DNA of 35,993 nucleotides from an uncultured bacterium (GTDB lineage: Bacteria > Gemmatimonadota > Gemmatimonadetes > Gemmatimonadales > Gemmatimonadaceae): NCBI GenBank assembly GCA_963978095.1, contig CAXBQP010000033.1:1-35993 (forward strand), read 5' to 3'. Numbering within the stretch: position 1 is the stretch's first letter; every line of letters starts with the position of its first letter. Made by a program: the position numbers and the translations under genes. The notes under the pieces are model-generated. The model saw only the letters and a program-made list of their open reading frames with translations, was not told the origin of the DNA and ran no database searches. Below are positions 11,006 through 22,200 of this stretch, in pieces.

Positions 11006-11586
11006 GTCAAGCGCCGTTCGTCCATGAGAGCGCCTACGTTGACGAGGGCGCGCAGATCGGTGCGGGATCGAAGATCTGGCATTTCTGTCATGTCATGCCG
11101 GGCGCCGTGATCGGTGAAGGTTCGTCGCTCGGGCAGAATGTCGTTGTGATGAACGGCACGAGGATCGGCAACAACGTGAAGATCCAGAACAACGTCTCGA
11201 TCTACGAAGGGGTGGAGTTGGAGGACGATGTCTTCTGCGGTCCCTCCATGGTTTTCACCAACGTCATCAACCCCCGGAGCGCCGTGTCACGCAAGGACGA
11301 GTATCGCCGGACGCTGGTTCGGCGCGGCGCGTCGATTGGCGCGAATGCGACCATCGTCTGCGGGGTGACGTTGGGGGCATACTGTTTCGTCGGGGCTGGT
11401 GCTGTGGTGACGCGCGATGTGCCGGATTATGCGCTCGTGGTGGGCGTGCCCGCGCAGGTGATCGGTGCGGTGTGTGCGTGCGGCGTGCGACTGGCGGACG
11501 GCGACGGTTCGTTAGCGTGTGCGGCCTGCGGCAGTCGATACGTGTCCGAAGGCGGGTTCGTCCGCGCGGTATTGGGGGGTGCATGA
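11002..11586 (+). CDS. wbpD: Hexapeptide-repeat N-acetyltransferase (WbpD/WlbB-like) with C-terminal Zn ribbon
   Basis: [46 protein letters not shown]...CAACG. GTG at 11002 overlaps the carB stop. Confidence 0.85.
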   Translation: MSQAPFVHESAYVDEGAQIGAGSKIWHFCHVMPGAVIGEGSSLGQNVVVMNGTRIGNNVKIQNNVSIYEGVELEDDVFCGPSMVFTNVINPRSAVSRKDEYRRTLVRRGASIGANATIVCGVTLGAYCFVGAGAVVTRDVPDYALVVGVPAQVIGAVCACGVRLADGDGSLACAACGSRYVSEGGFVRAVLGGA

Positions 11587-12629
11587 TGGCAGGATCTTCC
11601 TTGCGTGTGGCGCTCGTGGGGTGTGGGCGAATCAGCCGAAACCACTTCGAGGCGATTGCGTCGACCCCCGGCGTCGAGCTGTCCGCTGTCTGCGATGTCA
11701 TTCCCGAGCGAGCCGATGCGGCGGCTCGAGCCCTGGGTGTACCGGCGTTCACGTCGTATGAGGAGATGTTGCGGGACGCGACCTGTGACATCGTGAGTGT
11801 TACGACGCCGAGTGGACTCCATCCGGTACACGCCGAAATGGCCGCGCGCTCGGGGAAGCACGTTGTGTGCGAGAAGCCGATGGCGATCTCGATCGAAGCG
11901 GCGGACGCGATGATGCGAGTGTGCGACGAGGCTGGAGTGCGGTTGTTCGTGGTCATGCAGAATCGACTGAATCCGGCCGTTCAGCTGTTGCGCCGTGCCA
12001 TCGATAAGGGGCGTTTCGGGCGCATCTATACCGTCAACTCGACAGTCCGGTGGACGCGCCCGCAGGAGTACTACGACCAGGCGGATTGGCGGGGCACCTG
12101 GGCGTTGGATGGCGGCGCGATCATGAATCAAGCCTCGCATTACGTTGATCTTATGCAGTGGCTCGGCGGGCCTGTGGAGAGCGTGATGGCGTACACCGCG
12201 ACCCTGGCGCGGCGGATCGAGGCCGAGGACACCGGCGTGGCGGTGATGCGATATCGCAGCGGAGCGCTCGGAGTTCTTGAGGTAACGATGCTCACGCACC
12301 CGAAGAATCTTGAGGGCTCTGTGACGATCCTCGGTGAGTTCGGCAGCGTGAAAATCGGCGGAACGGCGGTCAACAAGGTGGAGCATTGGGAATTCGCCGA
12401 TTACGACGACGATGACAAGCGCGTCGACGCGGCGGCCACAAATCCGCTCAACGTGTACGGATTTGGGCATCAAGGGTACTACCGGAACGTCGTGGCCGCG
12501 TTGCAAGGCAAGTCCCCGCCGGATACCGATGGTGTCAGCGGTCGGGCGAGTCTCGAGCTCATTTTGGCGACCTATGCCTCCGCGAGGGAAGGACGCCGGG
12601 TGGAGCTGCCCCGCTTGCCGGACAGGTGA
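11583..12629 (+). CDS. wbpB: Gfo/Idh/MocA oxidoreductase, WbpB/WlbA-like UDP-GlcNAcA 3-dehydrogenase
   Basis: [59 protein letters not shown] overlap with the upstream gene. Confidence 0.82.
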   Translation: MMAGSSLRVALVGCGRISRNHFEAIASTPGVELSAVCDVIPERADAAARALGVPAFTSYEEMLRDATCDIVSVTTPSGLHPVHAEMAARSGKHVVCEKPMAISIEAADAMMRVCDEAGVRLFVVMQNRLNPAVQLLRRAIDKGRFGRIYTVNSTVRWTRPQEYYDQADWRGTWALDGGAIMNQASHYVDLMQWLGGPVESVMAYTATLARRIEAEDTGVAVMRYRSGALGVLEVTMLTHPKNLEGSVTILGEFGSVKIGGTAVNKVEHWEFADYDDDDKRVDAAATNPLNVYGFGHQGYYRNVVAALQGKSPPDTDGVSGRASLELILATYASAREGRRVELPRLPDR

Positions 12630-12739
12630 ACACCTCGGGTCGGATGCGCTGGTTCGATCGGCGGCCGCGTCTCACGGTTGGATTGACCCTGTTCGTGCTG
12701 TTCGTGCTGACCGATCTAGGCCTGGCCTCAGCGCTGTGA
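12626..12739 (+). CDS. Small (37 aa) predicted single-TM protein or truncated gene remnant
   Basis: GTG overlaps the wbpB stop (GTGA). [37 protein letters not shown] has a basic N-region followed by a hydrophobic stretch. Confidence 0.4.
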   Translation: MNTSGRMRWFDRRPRLTVGLTLFVLFVLTDLGLASAL

Positions 12740-12785
12740 GTCGGACGGAATAGTCCTGAGGGCTACGTACTGGACACTCGTCGCG

Positions 12786-12821
12786 ACTGGCCGACGACTG
12801 AAGGATTCGGCGGTTTTTTTT
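12786..12821 (+). terminator. Probable Rho-independent terminator
   Basis: ACT-G-GCCGA...TCGGC-GGT stem followed by 8 T (12814-12821). Confidence 0.6.
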
Positions 12822-12823
12822 CG

Positions 12824-12872
12824 TTGACTTCCCCTGTGAGTTGGGCGATTTTGAACAGTTAGTGAAAATCGC
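12824..12872 (+). promoter_or_regulatory. Putative promoter with overlapping palindrome upstream of the aminotransferase gene
   Basis: TTGACT (12824-12829), 17 bp, GATTTT (12847-12852). Inverted repeat GCGATTTT-N12-AAAATCGC (12845-12872). AT-rich island in a GC-rich window. Confidence 0.55.
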
Positions 12873-12914
12873 ATCGCAGACAGTCGTATATCACAAATCT
12901 GCTATCCAAAACAC

Positions 12915-14027
12915 ATGTCTGTTCCCTTGCTCGACCTGCGCGCCCAGCATGCGCTCATCCGCGATGCCGTGGTTGCGGCGATGATGCCGGTGGTCGACGA
13001 CCAGGCGTTCATTCTCGGGGCGCCGGTGGCGCAACTGGAATGCGAGGTCGCCGGTCTGTCACACACGAAATTCGCCGTGGGATGCGCGAGCGGTACCGAT
13101 GCGTTGTTGCTGGCGCTCAAGGCGTTGGATATCGGGCCGGGGGACGAGGTGATCACGAGTCCCTTCACCTTCTTCGCCACGGCGGGGACGATTCATAACG
13201 TCGGCGCCACGCCGGTGTTCGTGGATATCGATCCCAAGACCTACAACATCCGCCCGGATTGGGTGGCCGCGGCGGTCACGCCGCGCACGAAGGCCGTGAT
13301 TCCGGTGGACCTGTTCGGGCAGATGGCGCCGATCGAAGAGATCCGGCGCCTCTTGCCCACGATGCCGATCATCGAGGATGCGGCACAATCCATTGGGGCC
13401 CGACGGAAGATCGAGGGCGAGTGGACGATGGCGGGCCAAAAGGCCACGATCGGCACCTTCTCGTTCTTCCCGTCCAAGAACCTGGGGGGGTACGGCGACG
13501 GCGGGATGATGGTCACGCAGGACGAAGCCCTGTATCATCGCCTGATGCGGTTGCGCACGCATGGGAGCGTCAAGACGTACTATCACGAGGAAGTGGGGTT
13601 CAACTCCCGGCTCGATGCCCTTCAGGCGGTGGTATTGAAGGCCAAGTTGCCGTACCTCGCTGGCTGGAGTGCAAAGCGTCGCGAGAACGCTGCCTATTAC
13701 AACGCCGCGTTCGCCGACCTGGCGGATCTCACCACACCACACATCGACCCGGCCAACGAGTCGATCTTCAATCAGTACACGATCCGCGTGCCACGCCGCG
13801 ACGCGCTCAAGGCGCATCTCGCCGAGCGCAGCATCGGACATTCGGTTTACTATCCGCTACCGTTGCACCTGCAACCGTGCTTCGCTTACCTCGGGTACCG
13901 CGAAGGGAGCTGCCCGGCCTCGGAGCAGGCGGCGCACGAAGTGTTGTCGCTGCCGATTTTCCCGGAACTCACGCACGCCCAGCTCGATGAAGTCGTTGGC
14001 GCGGTGCGCAGCTTTTTCGGACGCTGA
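12915..14027 (+). CDS. wbpE: DegT/DnrJ/EryC1/StrS PLP aminotransferase (WbpE/WlbC-like)
   Basis: ASGTDAL, GDEVITSPFTFFAT, IEDAAQ, SFFPSKNLG (PLP Lys), GFNSRLDALQA, VLSLPIFP. Confidence 0.85.
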   Translation: MSVPLLDLRAQHALIRDAVVAAMMPVVDDQAFILGAPVAQLECEVAGLSHTKFAVGCASGTDALLLALKALDIGPGDEVITSPFTFFATAGTIHNVGATPVFVDIDPKTYNIRPDWVAAAVTPRTKAVIPVDLFGQMAPIEEIRRLLPTMPIIEDAAQSIGARRKIEGEWTMAGQKATIGTFSFFPSKNLGGYGDGGMMVTQDEALYHRLMRLRTHGSVKTYYHEEVGFNSRLDALQAVVLKAKLPYLAGWSAKRRENAAYYNAAFADLADLTTPHIDPANESIFNQYTIRVPRRDALKAHLAERSIGHSVYYPLPLHLQPCFAYLGYREGSCPASEQAAHEVLSLPIFPELTHAQLDEVVGAVRSFFGR

Positions 14028-14056
14028 TTCCCGAATCTGACGAGCCCCTGATCTAC

Positions 14057-15427
14057 ATGACGCACGATTGGCGCCCCCGCGATCTCCTTCTCGCCCGTAT
14101 CGCGGACCGATCGGCCATCACAGCGGTCGTTGGCCTCGGCTACGTCGGACTTCCCCTCGCGATGGAGCTCTGCGAGGCCGGATTCCACGTCATCGGCTTT
14201 GATGTGAGCGAGCGGGTCGTCACGCTGCTGAACCGCGGGGAATCCCACATCCAGGACATCGCCGCGGCGCAAGTGGCCAAGTACGTAGCCTCGGGGCGGT
14301 TCCGCGCCACGACGGACGAGACCGAGCTTGGGAAGGCGGATACCGTCTCCATTGCGGTGCCGACGCCGCTGGCCAAGACTCGCGATCCGGACATGTCGTT
14401 CGTGATCGCTGCGACAGACACGGTCGCGCGACAGGCACACGCCGGGATGCTGGTCGTGCTGGAGAGCACGACGTATCCGGGTACGACGCGTGAGGTCATG
14501 CAGCCGCCGCTTGAAGGCCGCGGATTCACGATCGGGGAGGACATCTTTCTGGCGTTCTCGCCGGAGCGGGTCGATCCTGGCAATCCAAAGTTTCACACGA
14601 AGAATACGCCCAAGGTGCTCGGTGGCATCACCGCCGGCTGCACGACCGTGGCCTCCGCGCTGTACTCCACGTGCATCGAGACTGTCGTTCCCGTTTCTTC
14701 GCCGGAGACGGCCGAGTTGGTGAAACTGCTGGAAAACAGCTTCCGGTCGGTCAACATTGGGCTCGCGAATGAGATGGCCATCATCTGCGACCGGCTTGGA
14801 GTCGACGTGTGGGAAGTGATCGATGCGGCGGCGACCAAGCCGTTCGGGTTCATGAAGTTCACCCCAGGGCCCGGCATCGGCGGGCACTGCATTCCGCTCG
14901 ATCCGCACTATTTGGCGTGGAAGATGCGCGGGCTCAACTACAAGACCCGTTTCATCGACCTCGCCAGCGAGATCAACTCGGAGATGCCGGATCTTGTCGT
15001 CGGCAAAGTTGCCCTCGGGCTGAACGACGAACGCAAGGCGGTGCGCGGCAGCAAGGTACTGGTTCTTGGCGTCGCCTACAAAAAGGACATCGACGATATG
15101 CGCGAGAGTCCCGCGCTCGATGTCATCCGACTGTTGGAAGAGCGCGGCGCAGAGGTCGAGTACCATGATCCGCACGTGATGAGCTTTCATGAGCACGGCG
15201 TCACGCACACGGGTGTGGATCTGACCGCCGCCCGGCTCGCGGCTGCGGATGCTGTCGTGGTCGTGACGGACCACGCCGCCGTCGATTATCAGCTCGTCGT
15301 CGATCACGCTGCCCTGGTTATCGACAGTCGAAATGCGCTAGCCAAGACTCACTCGTCAAAAGCTCGCGTCGTTTCGTTGACCACGACGGGCTGGAGTGCG
15401 CGGATCGCGCCGTCTCGAAAAGCGTGA
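14057..15427 (+). CDS. wbpA: UDP-N-acetyl-D-glucosamine 6-dehydrogenase (WbpA-like)
   Basis: GLGYVGLPLA, AVPTP, LESTTYPGTT, FSPERVDPGN, KLLENSFR, PGPGIGGHCIPLDP, AYKKDIDDMRESP. Confidence 0.85.
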   Translation: MTHDWRPRDLLLARIADRSAITAVVGLGYVGLPLAMELCEAGFHVIGFDVSERVVTLLNRGESHIQDIAAAQVAKYVASGRFRATTDETELGKADTVSIAVPTPLAKTRDPDMSFVIAATDTVARQAHAGMLVVLESTTYPGTTREVMQPPLEGRGFTIGEDIFLAFSPERVDPGNPKFHTKNTPKVLGGITAGCTTVASALYSTCIETVVPVSSPETAELVKLLENSFRSVNIGLANEMAIICDRLGVDVWEVIDAAATKPFGFMKFTPGPGIGGHCIPLDPHYLAWKMRGLNYKTRFIDLASEINSEMPDLVVGKVALGLNDERKAVRGSKVLVLGVAYKKDIDDMRESPALDVIRLLEERGAEVEYHDPHVMSFHEHGVTHTGVDLTAARLAAADAVVVVTDHAAVDYQLVVDHAALVIDSRNALAKTHSSKARVVSLTTTGWSARIAPSRKA

Positions 15428-16734
15428 TCGGAGCTCACAGCGTCCTCGTCGTCGGTACTGGCTACGTGGGGCTCGTCGCCGGTGCCTGCTTTGCCGAGAC
15501 CGGGGTTTCCGTTATCTGTGCTGATATCGACGAGAAGAAGATCGACGGCCTGAAGCAGAACATCCTGCCGATCTACGAGCCTGGCTTGGATACGCTTGTC
15601 GAGCGCAATCAGGTCGATGGTCGGCTGTGCTTCACGACCGATGTCCCCGCGGCGATCGCGACGGCCGACGTTATCTTCATCGCCGTCGGGACACCGCCGG
15701 ACGAGGACGGGTCGGCCGACCTCCAGTACGTCTTGGGCGTCGCGGAGCAGATCGGTCGTCACATGACGCGTGAGACCGTGGTGGTCACCAAGTCGACCGT
15801 TCCCGTCGGCACCGCCGAGAAAGTGCGGACCGCCGTCGCCAAGCAAGCGGCGCATCCGTTCCACGTGGTCTCCAACCCGGAGTTCCTCAAGGAAGGCGCG
15901 GCGATCGATGACTTTCTCAAGCCGGATCGGGTGGTCCTCGGCGTGGACAGCGAGTTCGCTCGCGAGGTGATGAGCGAGCTGTACGCGCCGTTCGTGCGGA
16001 CGGGGAAGCCGGTCATCTTCATGGACATCCCGTCTGCCGAGATGACCAAGTATGCAGCGAACTCCATGCTCGCGACCCGCATTTCGTTCATGAACGAGAT
16101 GGCGGCGCTGTGCGAGCAGGTGGGGGCCAACGTCGATCTCGTGCGGAAAGGGATTGGGAGCGATGCGCGAATCGGACCCTCCTTCCTTTTCCCGGGGCCA
16201 GGCTACGGCGGGTCCTGTTTCCCGAAGGATGTGAAGGCATTGTTGCGTACCGCCGAGGAACGCGGGGTGCCCTTGCGCGTGTTGACGGCGGTGGAGGATG
16301 CCAACGACGCGCAGAAGCATCTCCTCACGCGAAAGCTCACCGCGGCGCTGCCCACGTTGCAGGGCGCGAAAATCGCCGTCTGGGGGCTCGCGTTCAAGGC
16401 GCAGACCGACGACATGCGTGAGTCGGCAGCCCTCGTGCTCATCGACGAACTGCTGTCAGCCGGCGCGACCGTGGTGGCGCACGATCCGGAGGCGATGCAC
16501 GAAGCGAAACGGCGTCTGGGCGACCGGATCACCTACGCGGACTCCAACTATGCCGCGCTGGACGGCGCGGACGCACTGGTGATCGTGACGGATTGGAATG
16601 CGTACCGGACCCCGGACTTCACCCGCGTCAAGGCAGCGCTGAAACGCCCCGTGATCATCGACGGCCGGAATCTCTACGAGCCGGCCAAGGTGCGGGCGCT
16701 CGGCTTCACCTACGCGTCCATCGGGCGGCGGTAG
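15424..16734 (+). CDS. ugd: UDP-glucose 6-dehydrogenase
   Basis: [52 protein letters not shown]. Confidence 0.93.
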   Translation: MIGAHSVLVVGTGYVGLVAGACFAETGVSVICADIDEKKIDGLKQNILPIYEPGLDTLVERNQVDGRLCFTTDVPAAIATADVIFIAVGTPPDEDGSADLQYVLGVAEQIGRHMTRETVVVTKSTVPVGTAEKVRTAVAKQAAHPFHVVSNPEFLKEGAAIDDFLKPDRVVLGVDSEFAREVMSELYAPFVRTGKPVIFMDIPSAEMTKYAANSMLATRISFMNEMAALCEQVGANVDLVRKGIGSDARIGPSFLFPGPGYGGSCFPKDVKALLRTAEERGVPLRVLTAVEDANDAQKHLLTRKLTAALPTLQGAKIAVWGLAFKAQTDDMRESAALVLIDELLSAGATVVAHDPEAMHEAKRRLGDRITYADSNYAALDGADALVIVTDWNAYRTPDFTRVKAALKRPVIIDGRNLYEPAKVRALGFTYASIGRR

Positions 16735-16736
16735 AC

Positions 16737-17693
16737 GTGCGTGTTCTGATCACCGGCGCCGCCGGATTTCTCGGGTCGCATCTCGCCGAGCGGTTCCTTG
16801 CCGAGGGGCACTCTGTCGTCGGCTTGGACAATTTCATCACTGGACACGCCGACAATATCGCGCATCTGTTCGGACACGACCGGTTCGAGTTCATCCGGCA
16901 GGACATCTCGAACTTCACGTACGTGGCGGGTGATCTCGACGGCGTGTTGCACTTCGCCTCACCGGCCAGCCCGGTGGATTACCTGGAGTGGCCGATCCAG
17001 ACGCTCAAGGTCGGGTCCCTCGGGACGCACAACGCCGTGGGAATCGCGCATCACAAGAAGGCGCGATTCTTCCTCGCGTCCACGAGCGAGGTGTACGGGG
17101 ATCCGCTCGTGCATCCGCAGCCTGAGAGCTATTGGGGCAATGTGAATCCGGTCGGGCCGCGGGGTGTCTACGACGAGGCCAAACGCTTCGCGGAAGCCAT
17201 GACCATGGCGTACCACACGTATCATGGCGTGGACACGCGGATCGTGCGGATCTTCAATACCTATGGTCCCCGCATGCGTCCGCGCGACGGACGAGTGGTG
17301 TCGAACTTCATCGTGCAGGCGCTGAACGGCGAGCCGATCACGCTGTACGGGGATGGATCGCAGACCCGGTCGTTCTGTTACGTTGACGACGAGATCGACG
17401 GCATCTACCGGCTGTTCATGCTGGGCGACGCATCACCCACGAACATCGGCAATCCGGTGGAGTACACCGTGCGGCAACTGGCCGAAATCGTGGTCGAGCT
17501 GACCGGCACGACCAGTCCGATCGTCCATCAGCCACTGCCGATCGACGATCCCAAGGTGCGTCAGCCGGACATCACCAAGGCGCGCGACACTCTGGGTTGG
17601 GCGCCTCGGGTCGACGTACGCGAGGGCGTTGGACGTACGATTGCATATTTTCGTACATTGCTCGGCACGGCGCGCATGGCGCCACGGGCATGA
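16737..17693 (+). CDS. uxs: UDP-glucuronate decarboxylase (UDP-xylose synthase)
   Basis: [62 protein letters not shown] start 2 nt after the ugd stop. Confidence 0.9.
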   Translation: MRVLITGAAGFLGSHLAERFLAEGHSVVGLDNFITGHADNIAHLFGHDRFEFIRQDISNFTYVAGDLDGVLHFASPASPVDYLEWPIQTLKVGSLGTHNAVGIAHHKKARFFLASTSEVYGDPLVHPQPESYWGNVNPVGPRGVYDEAKRFAEAMTMAYHTYHGVDTRIVRIFNTYGPRMRPRDGRVVSNFIVQALNGEPITLYGDGSQTRSFCYVDDEIDGIYRLFMLGDASPTNIGNPVEYTVRQLAEIVVELTGTTSPIVHQPLPIDDPKVRQPDITKARDTLGWAPRVDVREGVGRTIAYFRTLLGTARMAPRA

Positions 17694-17764
17694 GTCATCA
17701 GGAACGCCGTCACACGACAGGGGCGGAGCGAACCGTCGCTCCGCACTCGGGTATCAAGGGGACT

Positions 17765-18631
17765 ATGCTGCACTCTCGCCGTACACTTGGGGTCGTCATG
17801 TTGGCCGGGCTGGTCGCCGTCGGCTGCGCGCAGGGCTTCCAGACAAGGAAATACCCGACGAGCGCCTCGCTCTGGACGGCCAGCATGGCCGAGTTCAAGA
17901 AGAAGAACTGGGACAATGCCGTCACGGGGTTCGAGCGGCTGACGCTCGACCTGTCCGCGCGGGACACGCTTCTGGCGCGGGCCCACTTCTTCCTCGGGCA
18001 GTCGTATGCGAACCGCGGGGACTATCTCCTCTCGGCGCAGAGCTTCAACCGCCTCGCCGAGTCGTTCCCTGACGACTCGCTCGCGGACGACGCCCTGTTC
18101 GCCGCGGGCGAAAGTTACAGCAAGCTGTGGAAGGATCCGCAGTTGGATCCGACCTATGGCGATCTGTCGCAGTCGCAGTTCCGGCTGCTGGTCAGCTTGT
18201 ATCCCGAGTCATCGCTGCGCGAAAAGGCGGACAAGGCGCTCCTCGGGATCGACGAGATGAAGGCGTCCAAGGACTATGAGACCGGCCTGCACTATGTGCG
18301 CCGTCGGGCGTTCGACTCGGCGATTATCTACTTCAAGGACGTGGTCCGCAACTTCCCGGCCACGCTGAAGTCACGCGACGCCATGCTTCGGATGGTCGAG
18401 GTGTACAAGAAGCCCGAGATGAATTACAAGGACGAAGCGGCCGAGATGTGTACCGCGCTCCATGGCGCTTATCCGGGCGACAAGGATGTGGCAAAGCTCT
18501 GTCCGCCGGACTCGGGGGCCGACTCGAGCGCGGTCGCCGGTAAAGGCGGAAAGCCGGTCATCAAGCCGCCCAAGCCGACGGCTCAGGCGCCGGACACAGT
18601 CGCCGGAGCCCGGGGAATCCCCCAGCGCTGA
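17765..18631 (+). CDS. bamD: Outer membrane protein assembly factor BamD (TPR lipoprotein)
   Basis: SD-like AAGGGG before ATG 17765. Lipobox VAVGC. TPR pattern (A..F..L...FP.S.LADDALF), LDPTY, GLHYVRR.AFDSAIIYF..V..NFP.T. Confidence 0.85.
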   Translation: MLHSRRTLGVVMLAGLVAVGCAQGFQTRKYPTSASLWTASMAEFKKKNWDNAVTGFERLTLDLSARDTLLARAHFFLGQSYANRGDYLLSAQSFNRLAESFPDDSLADDALFAAGESYSKLWKDPQLDPTYGDLSQSQFRLLVSLYPESSLREKADKALLGIDEMKASKDYETGLHYVRRRAFDSAIIYFKDVVRNFPATLKSRDAMLRMVEVYKKPEMNYKDEAAEMCTALHGAYPGDKDVAKLCPPDSGADSSAVAGKGGKPVIKPPKPTAQAPDTVAGARGIPQR

Positions 18632-18662
18632 GCGCCGGGCTCCCCATCGTCGTGATGTCCTG

Positions 18663-19253
18663 ATGTCACCGGCACCGACCCGCATTGGTGTCCTCGGAGG
18701 GACATTCGATCCCCCGCACATCGGGCACCTGCTGGCGGCGAGCGATGCCTGGGACGGGCTCGGCCTCGACCAGTTGTTGTTCGTGCCGGCGGCGGAACAA
18801 CCGCTCAAACGGGCGACCGTGGTCGCCCCGGCCGCTGATCGCCTCGCGATGACCCGGCTGTTGGTGGAAGGGGATGCGCGCTTTCGGGTGGAACCCCTCG
18901 AAATCGACCGCGGAGGGTTATCTTACACGGTTGAGACCTTGCGGTCGTTACAGGCTCGCCATGGCGGACCTGGGGCGGTGGCCTTGGTGTTGCTGATCGG
19001 ACAGGATGTTGTCGCCACGCTGCCGGCGTGGCGCGAGCCCGAGATGCTGCACGAGCTCGCGGAGGTGGTGGTGCTGACCCGTGCGGGTGGTGATCGGCCG
19101 CCATCCACGTCGGTCGGGCGGTCTGTCGACACGCGGCGCGTTGACGTGTCATCCACGGAGATCCGCGCACGGGTGCGCGCGGGGCAATCGATTCACGGAT
19201 TCGTGCCGGACGCGGTCGCGGCGTACATCGCGGCCCGCGGCCTGTACCGATAA
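18663..19253 (+). CDS. nadD: Nicotinate-nucleotide adenylyltransferase
   Basis: IGVLGGTFDPPHIGHL, SYTVETL, LIGQD, VSSTEIR, YIAARGLY. Confidence 0.95.
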   Translation: MSPAPTRIGVLGGTFDPPHIGHLLAASDAWDGLGLDQLLFVPAAEQPLKRATVVAPAADRLAMTRLLVEGDARFRVEPLEIDRGGLSYTVETLRSLQARHGGPGAVALVLLIGQDVVATLPAWREPEMLHELAEVVVLTRAGGDRPPSTSVGRSVDTRRVDVSSTEIRARVRAGQSIHGFVPDAVAAYIAARGLYR

Positions 19254-19268
19254 AGGAGTGGGCGAAGC

Positions 19269-22200
19269 ATGCTGAAGAAGCTGCTGGGGTCGGTGTTCGG
19301 AACGCGTCACGAACGAGAGCGCAAGCGCGTTCAGCCGATCGTCGACGAGATCGCGGAGATTGGCGAGCGTCTCAAGACCCTGACCGACGCGGAGGTGCAG
19401 GGGCAAACGGCCAAGTTCCGTGGCATCCTCGCGGAGCGGTCGGCGGAGTTGGCGGCCCGCATCGCCGCGCTCAAGGAGCAGAAGAAGCTCGCGGGGGACG
19501 CCGCGGAGCGCGAACGGCTCGACAACGAACTGTCGGGGCTGGACGGGGCCGGAGGGGTCGAGAAGGAGTACCGCGACGCCATTGCCGAGACGTTGGACGA
19601 CATCCTGCCCGAAGCGTTCGCCACGGTGCGCGAAGCCGCGCGGCGTCTTGTGGGGAGCTCGGTCAGTGTCACGGGCCAGGCATTGACCTGGGACATGGTG
19701 CACTACGATGTCCAGATGATCGGCGGCATCCAACTGCACTTGGGGCGAATCGCGGAGATGGCGACGGGCGAAGGGAAGACGCTGGTCGCCACGCTGCCGC
19801 TGTATCTGAACGCCCTCCCGGGGCGCGGTGCGCACCTCGTGACGGTGAACTCCTATCTCGCGCGGCGTGACTCGCAGTGGATGGGGCACCTGTACAACTG
19901 GCTCGGGTTGTCTGTCGGATGTATCGACGACACCGAGCCCGGAACCATGGCACGTCGGGCGGCGTACGAGTGCGACATCACGTACGGCACGAACAACGAG
20001 TTCGGCTTCGATTACCTGCGTGACAACATGGTCGTCGCGCTCGAACAGCGGGTGCAGCGTCCCCACGTGTTCGCGATCGTCGACGAAGTGGATTCGGTGT
20101 TGATCGACGAAGCCCGCACTCCGCTGATCATCTCCGGTCCCGTCGGGAACGAAAGCGACCTGGAGTACGCGCAGCACAATGCGGCGGTGGCGCGGCTGGT
20201 CCGCAAGCAGACGGAGCTCGCCAACGATCTGGTGGCGCAGGGGGAGAAGGCCTTTTCCGCTGGCGACATGGACACGGCGGGGATGGCGCTGTACAAGGCC
20301 CAACTCGGCTCGCCGAAGAACAAGCGCCTGATGAAGGCGTTGCAGGAGAACGGCGTCAAGGCGCTGGTCCAGAAGACCGAGCTTGAGGTCATGGCGGACC
20401 GGAAGTTGTCGGCCGTGAAGCAGAGCTTCCGGGATCTCGAGGAGGATTTGCTCTACGTGCTCGATGAGAAGGGGCACTCCGTGCACCTCACCGATCGCGG
20501 TGTCGAGTTCATGTCCCCGGCAGACCACGACGCGTTCGTGCTCCCCGACATCGCGGGCGAGATCGGGCGACTCGAGAAGGATCCGGAGCTGGATCCTGCC
20601 GCCAAACTCACCGGGCGACAGGCCATCGAACGGGAATACGCCGCCAAGAGCGAACGGCTCAACATCGTGCACCAGTTGCTCAAGGCGCACGCGCTGTACG
20701 AGAAGGACGTGAACTACGTCGTGCAGGACGGGCAGGTGTTGATCGTCGACGAGTTCACGGGGCGCACGATGCCGGGGCGCCGCTGGAGCGAAGGACTCCA
20801 TCAGGCGGTGGAGGCCAAGGAGATGGTGCAGGTCAAGGGCGAGACCCAGACGCTCGCCACCATCACCATCCAGAATTACTTCCGCATGTACGAGAAGCTC
20901 TCGGGCATGACGGGAACGGCCGAGACGGAAGAGCAGGAGTTCTTCCAGATCTATGGGCTCGAAGTGTCCGTCATCCCGACGAATCGTCCGGCCGTGCGTG
21001 ACGACCGACAGGATCTCGTCTACAAGACGCGACGCGAGAAGTACAACGCCATCGTCGAAGAGACGAAGCGACTGCATGGGCTCAGCTTCCCGGTGCTCGT
21101 CGGCACGACGAGCGTCGAGGCGTCGGAGACCCTGGCGCGTCTGTTCCAGCGTGCCGGGATCCCGCACAACGTGCTCAACGCGAAGTATCACCAGCGTGAG
21201 GCGGAGATCGTCGCACTCGCCGGACAACCCGGAGCGGTCACGATCGCCACGAACATGGCCGGCCGCGGGACCGACATCAAGCTGGGCGGTGATGTGCGCG
21301 TCGCGAAGCCGTCGGTGGTGAAGGATCCGGACGGCAAGGACATCGACGTCGATGAGTGCGGCGGCTTGCACATCGTCGGTTCGGAACGCCACGAGTCCCG
21401 CCGGATCGACCGGCAGCTCCGCGGGCGGTCCGGTCGTCAGGGCGATCCGGGCGCGACGCAGTTCTTCCTGTCGCTCGAAGATGACCTGATGCGGCTGTTC
21501 GGCTCGGACCGCATTGCGCGGTTGATGGACCGGATGGGCGCACAGGAAGGCGAGGTGCTGACGCACGCGCTGATCACGCGATCCATCGAACAGGCGCAGA
21601 AGCGGGTCGAGTTGCAGAACTTCCAGAGCCGCAAGCGTCTGCTCGAGTACGATGACGTCATGAATCAGCAGCGCGAGGTGATCTACTCGTTGCGGTCGTT
21701 CGCGCTGGAGTCCGGTGAGGAGCTTCGCGGTGAGGCCCTCAAGATGGTCGAGCAGGCGGTGTCGCGCCGCATCGAAACGACGCTCGCCGATGTCTCGGAT
21801 CCCCTCGAGTGGGATGTCGAGCTGCTCCGGCAGGATCTGTTGATGCATTACCTGCTCACGGTCCCATGCTTCGAGGAGTCGGGGTCCCGTCCGGCGACCG
21901 TGGCCGATGCGAAGGCGGAGGGCGCCATCGCTGGTGAGCGGGCATTCCATGCCAAGATCGAGTCCCTCGGCGAGTACGCCCTGCAGCTGCTCTCGTTGGT
22001 GATGCTCAACGTGCTGGACGAGAAGTGGAAGGACCATCTCTACGACCTCGACCAGCTGCGGAACGCGATTCACTATCGGTCGTGGGGGCAGAAGGACCCG
22101 CTGCTCGAGTACAAGCAGGAGGCCTACACGATGTTCGTGGACCTCATGCAGGATGTGCATCACACCTTCGCCGAGCGATTCCTGCGGGTGCAGCTGATGT

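Noticed and set aside
16727..16739. ops-like GGCGGTAGACGTG at the ugd/uxs junction
   Set aside because: One base off the GGCGGTAGnnTG spacing, explained by Arg-Arg-stop codons, and not in a 5' leader.
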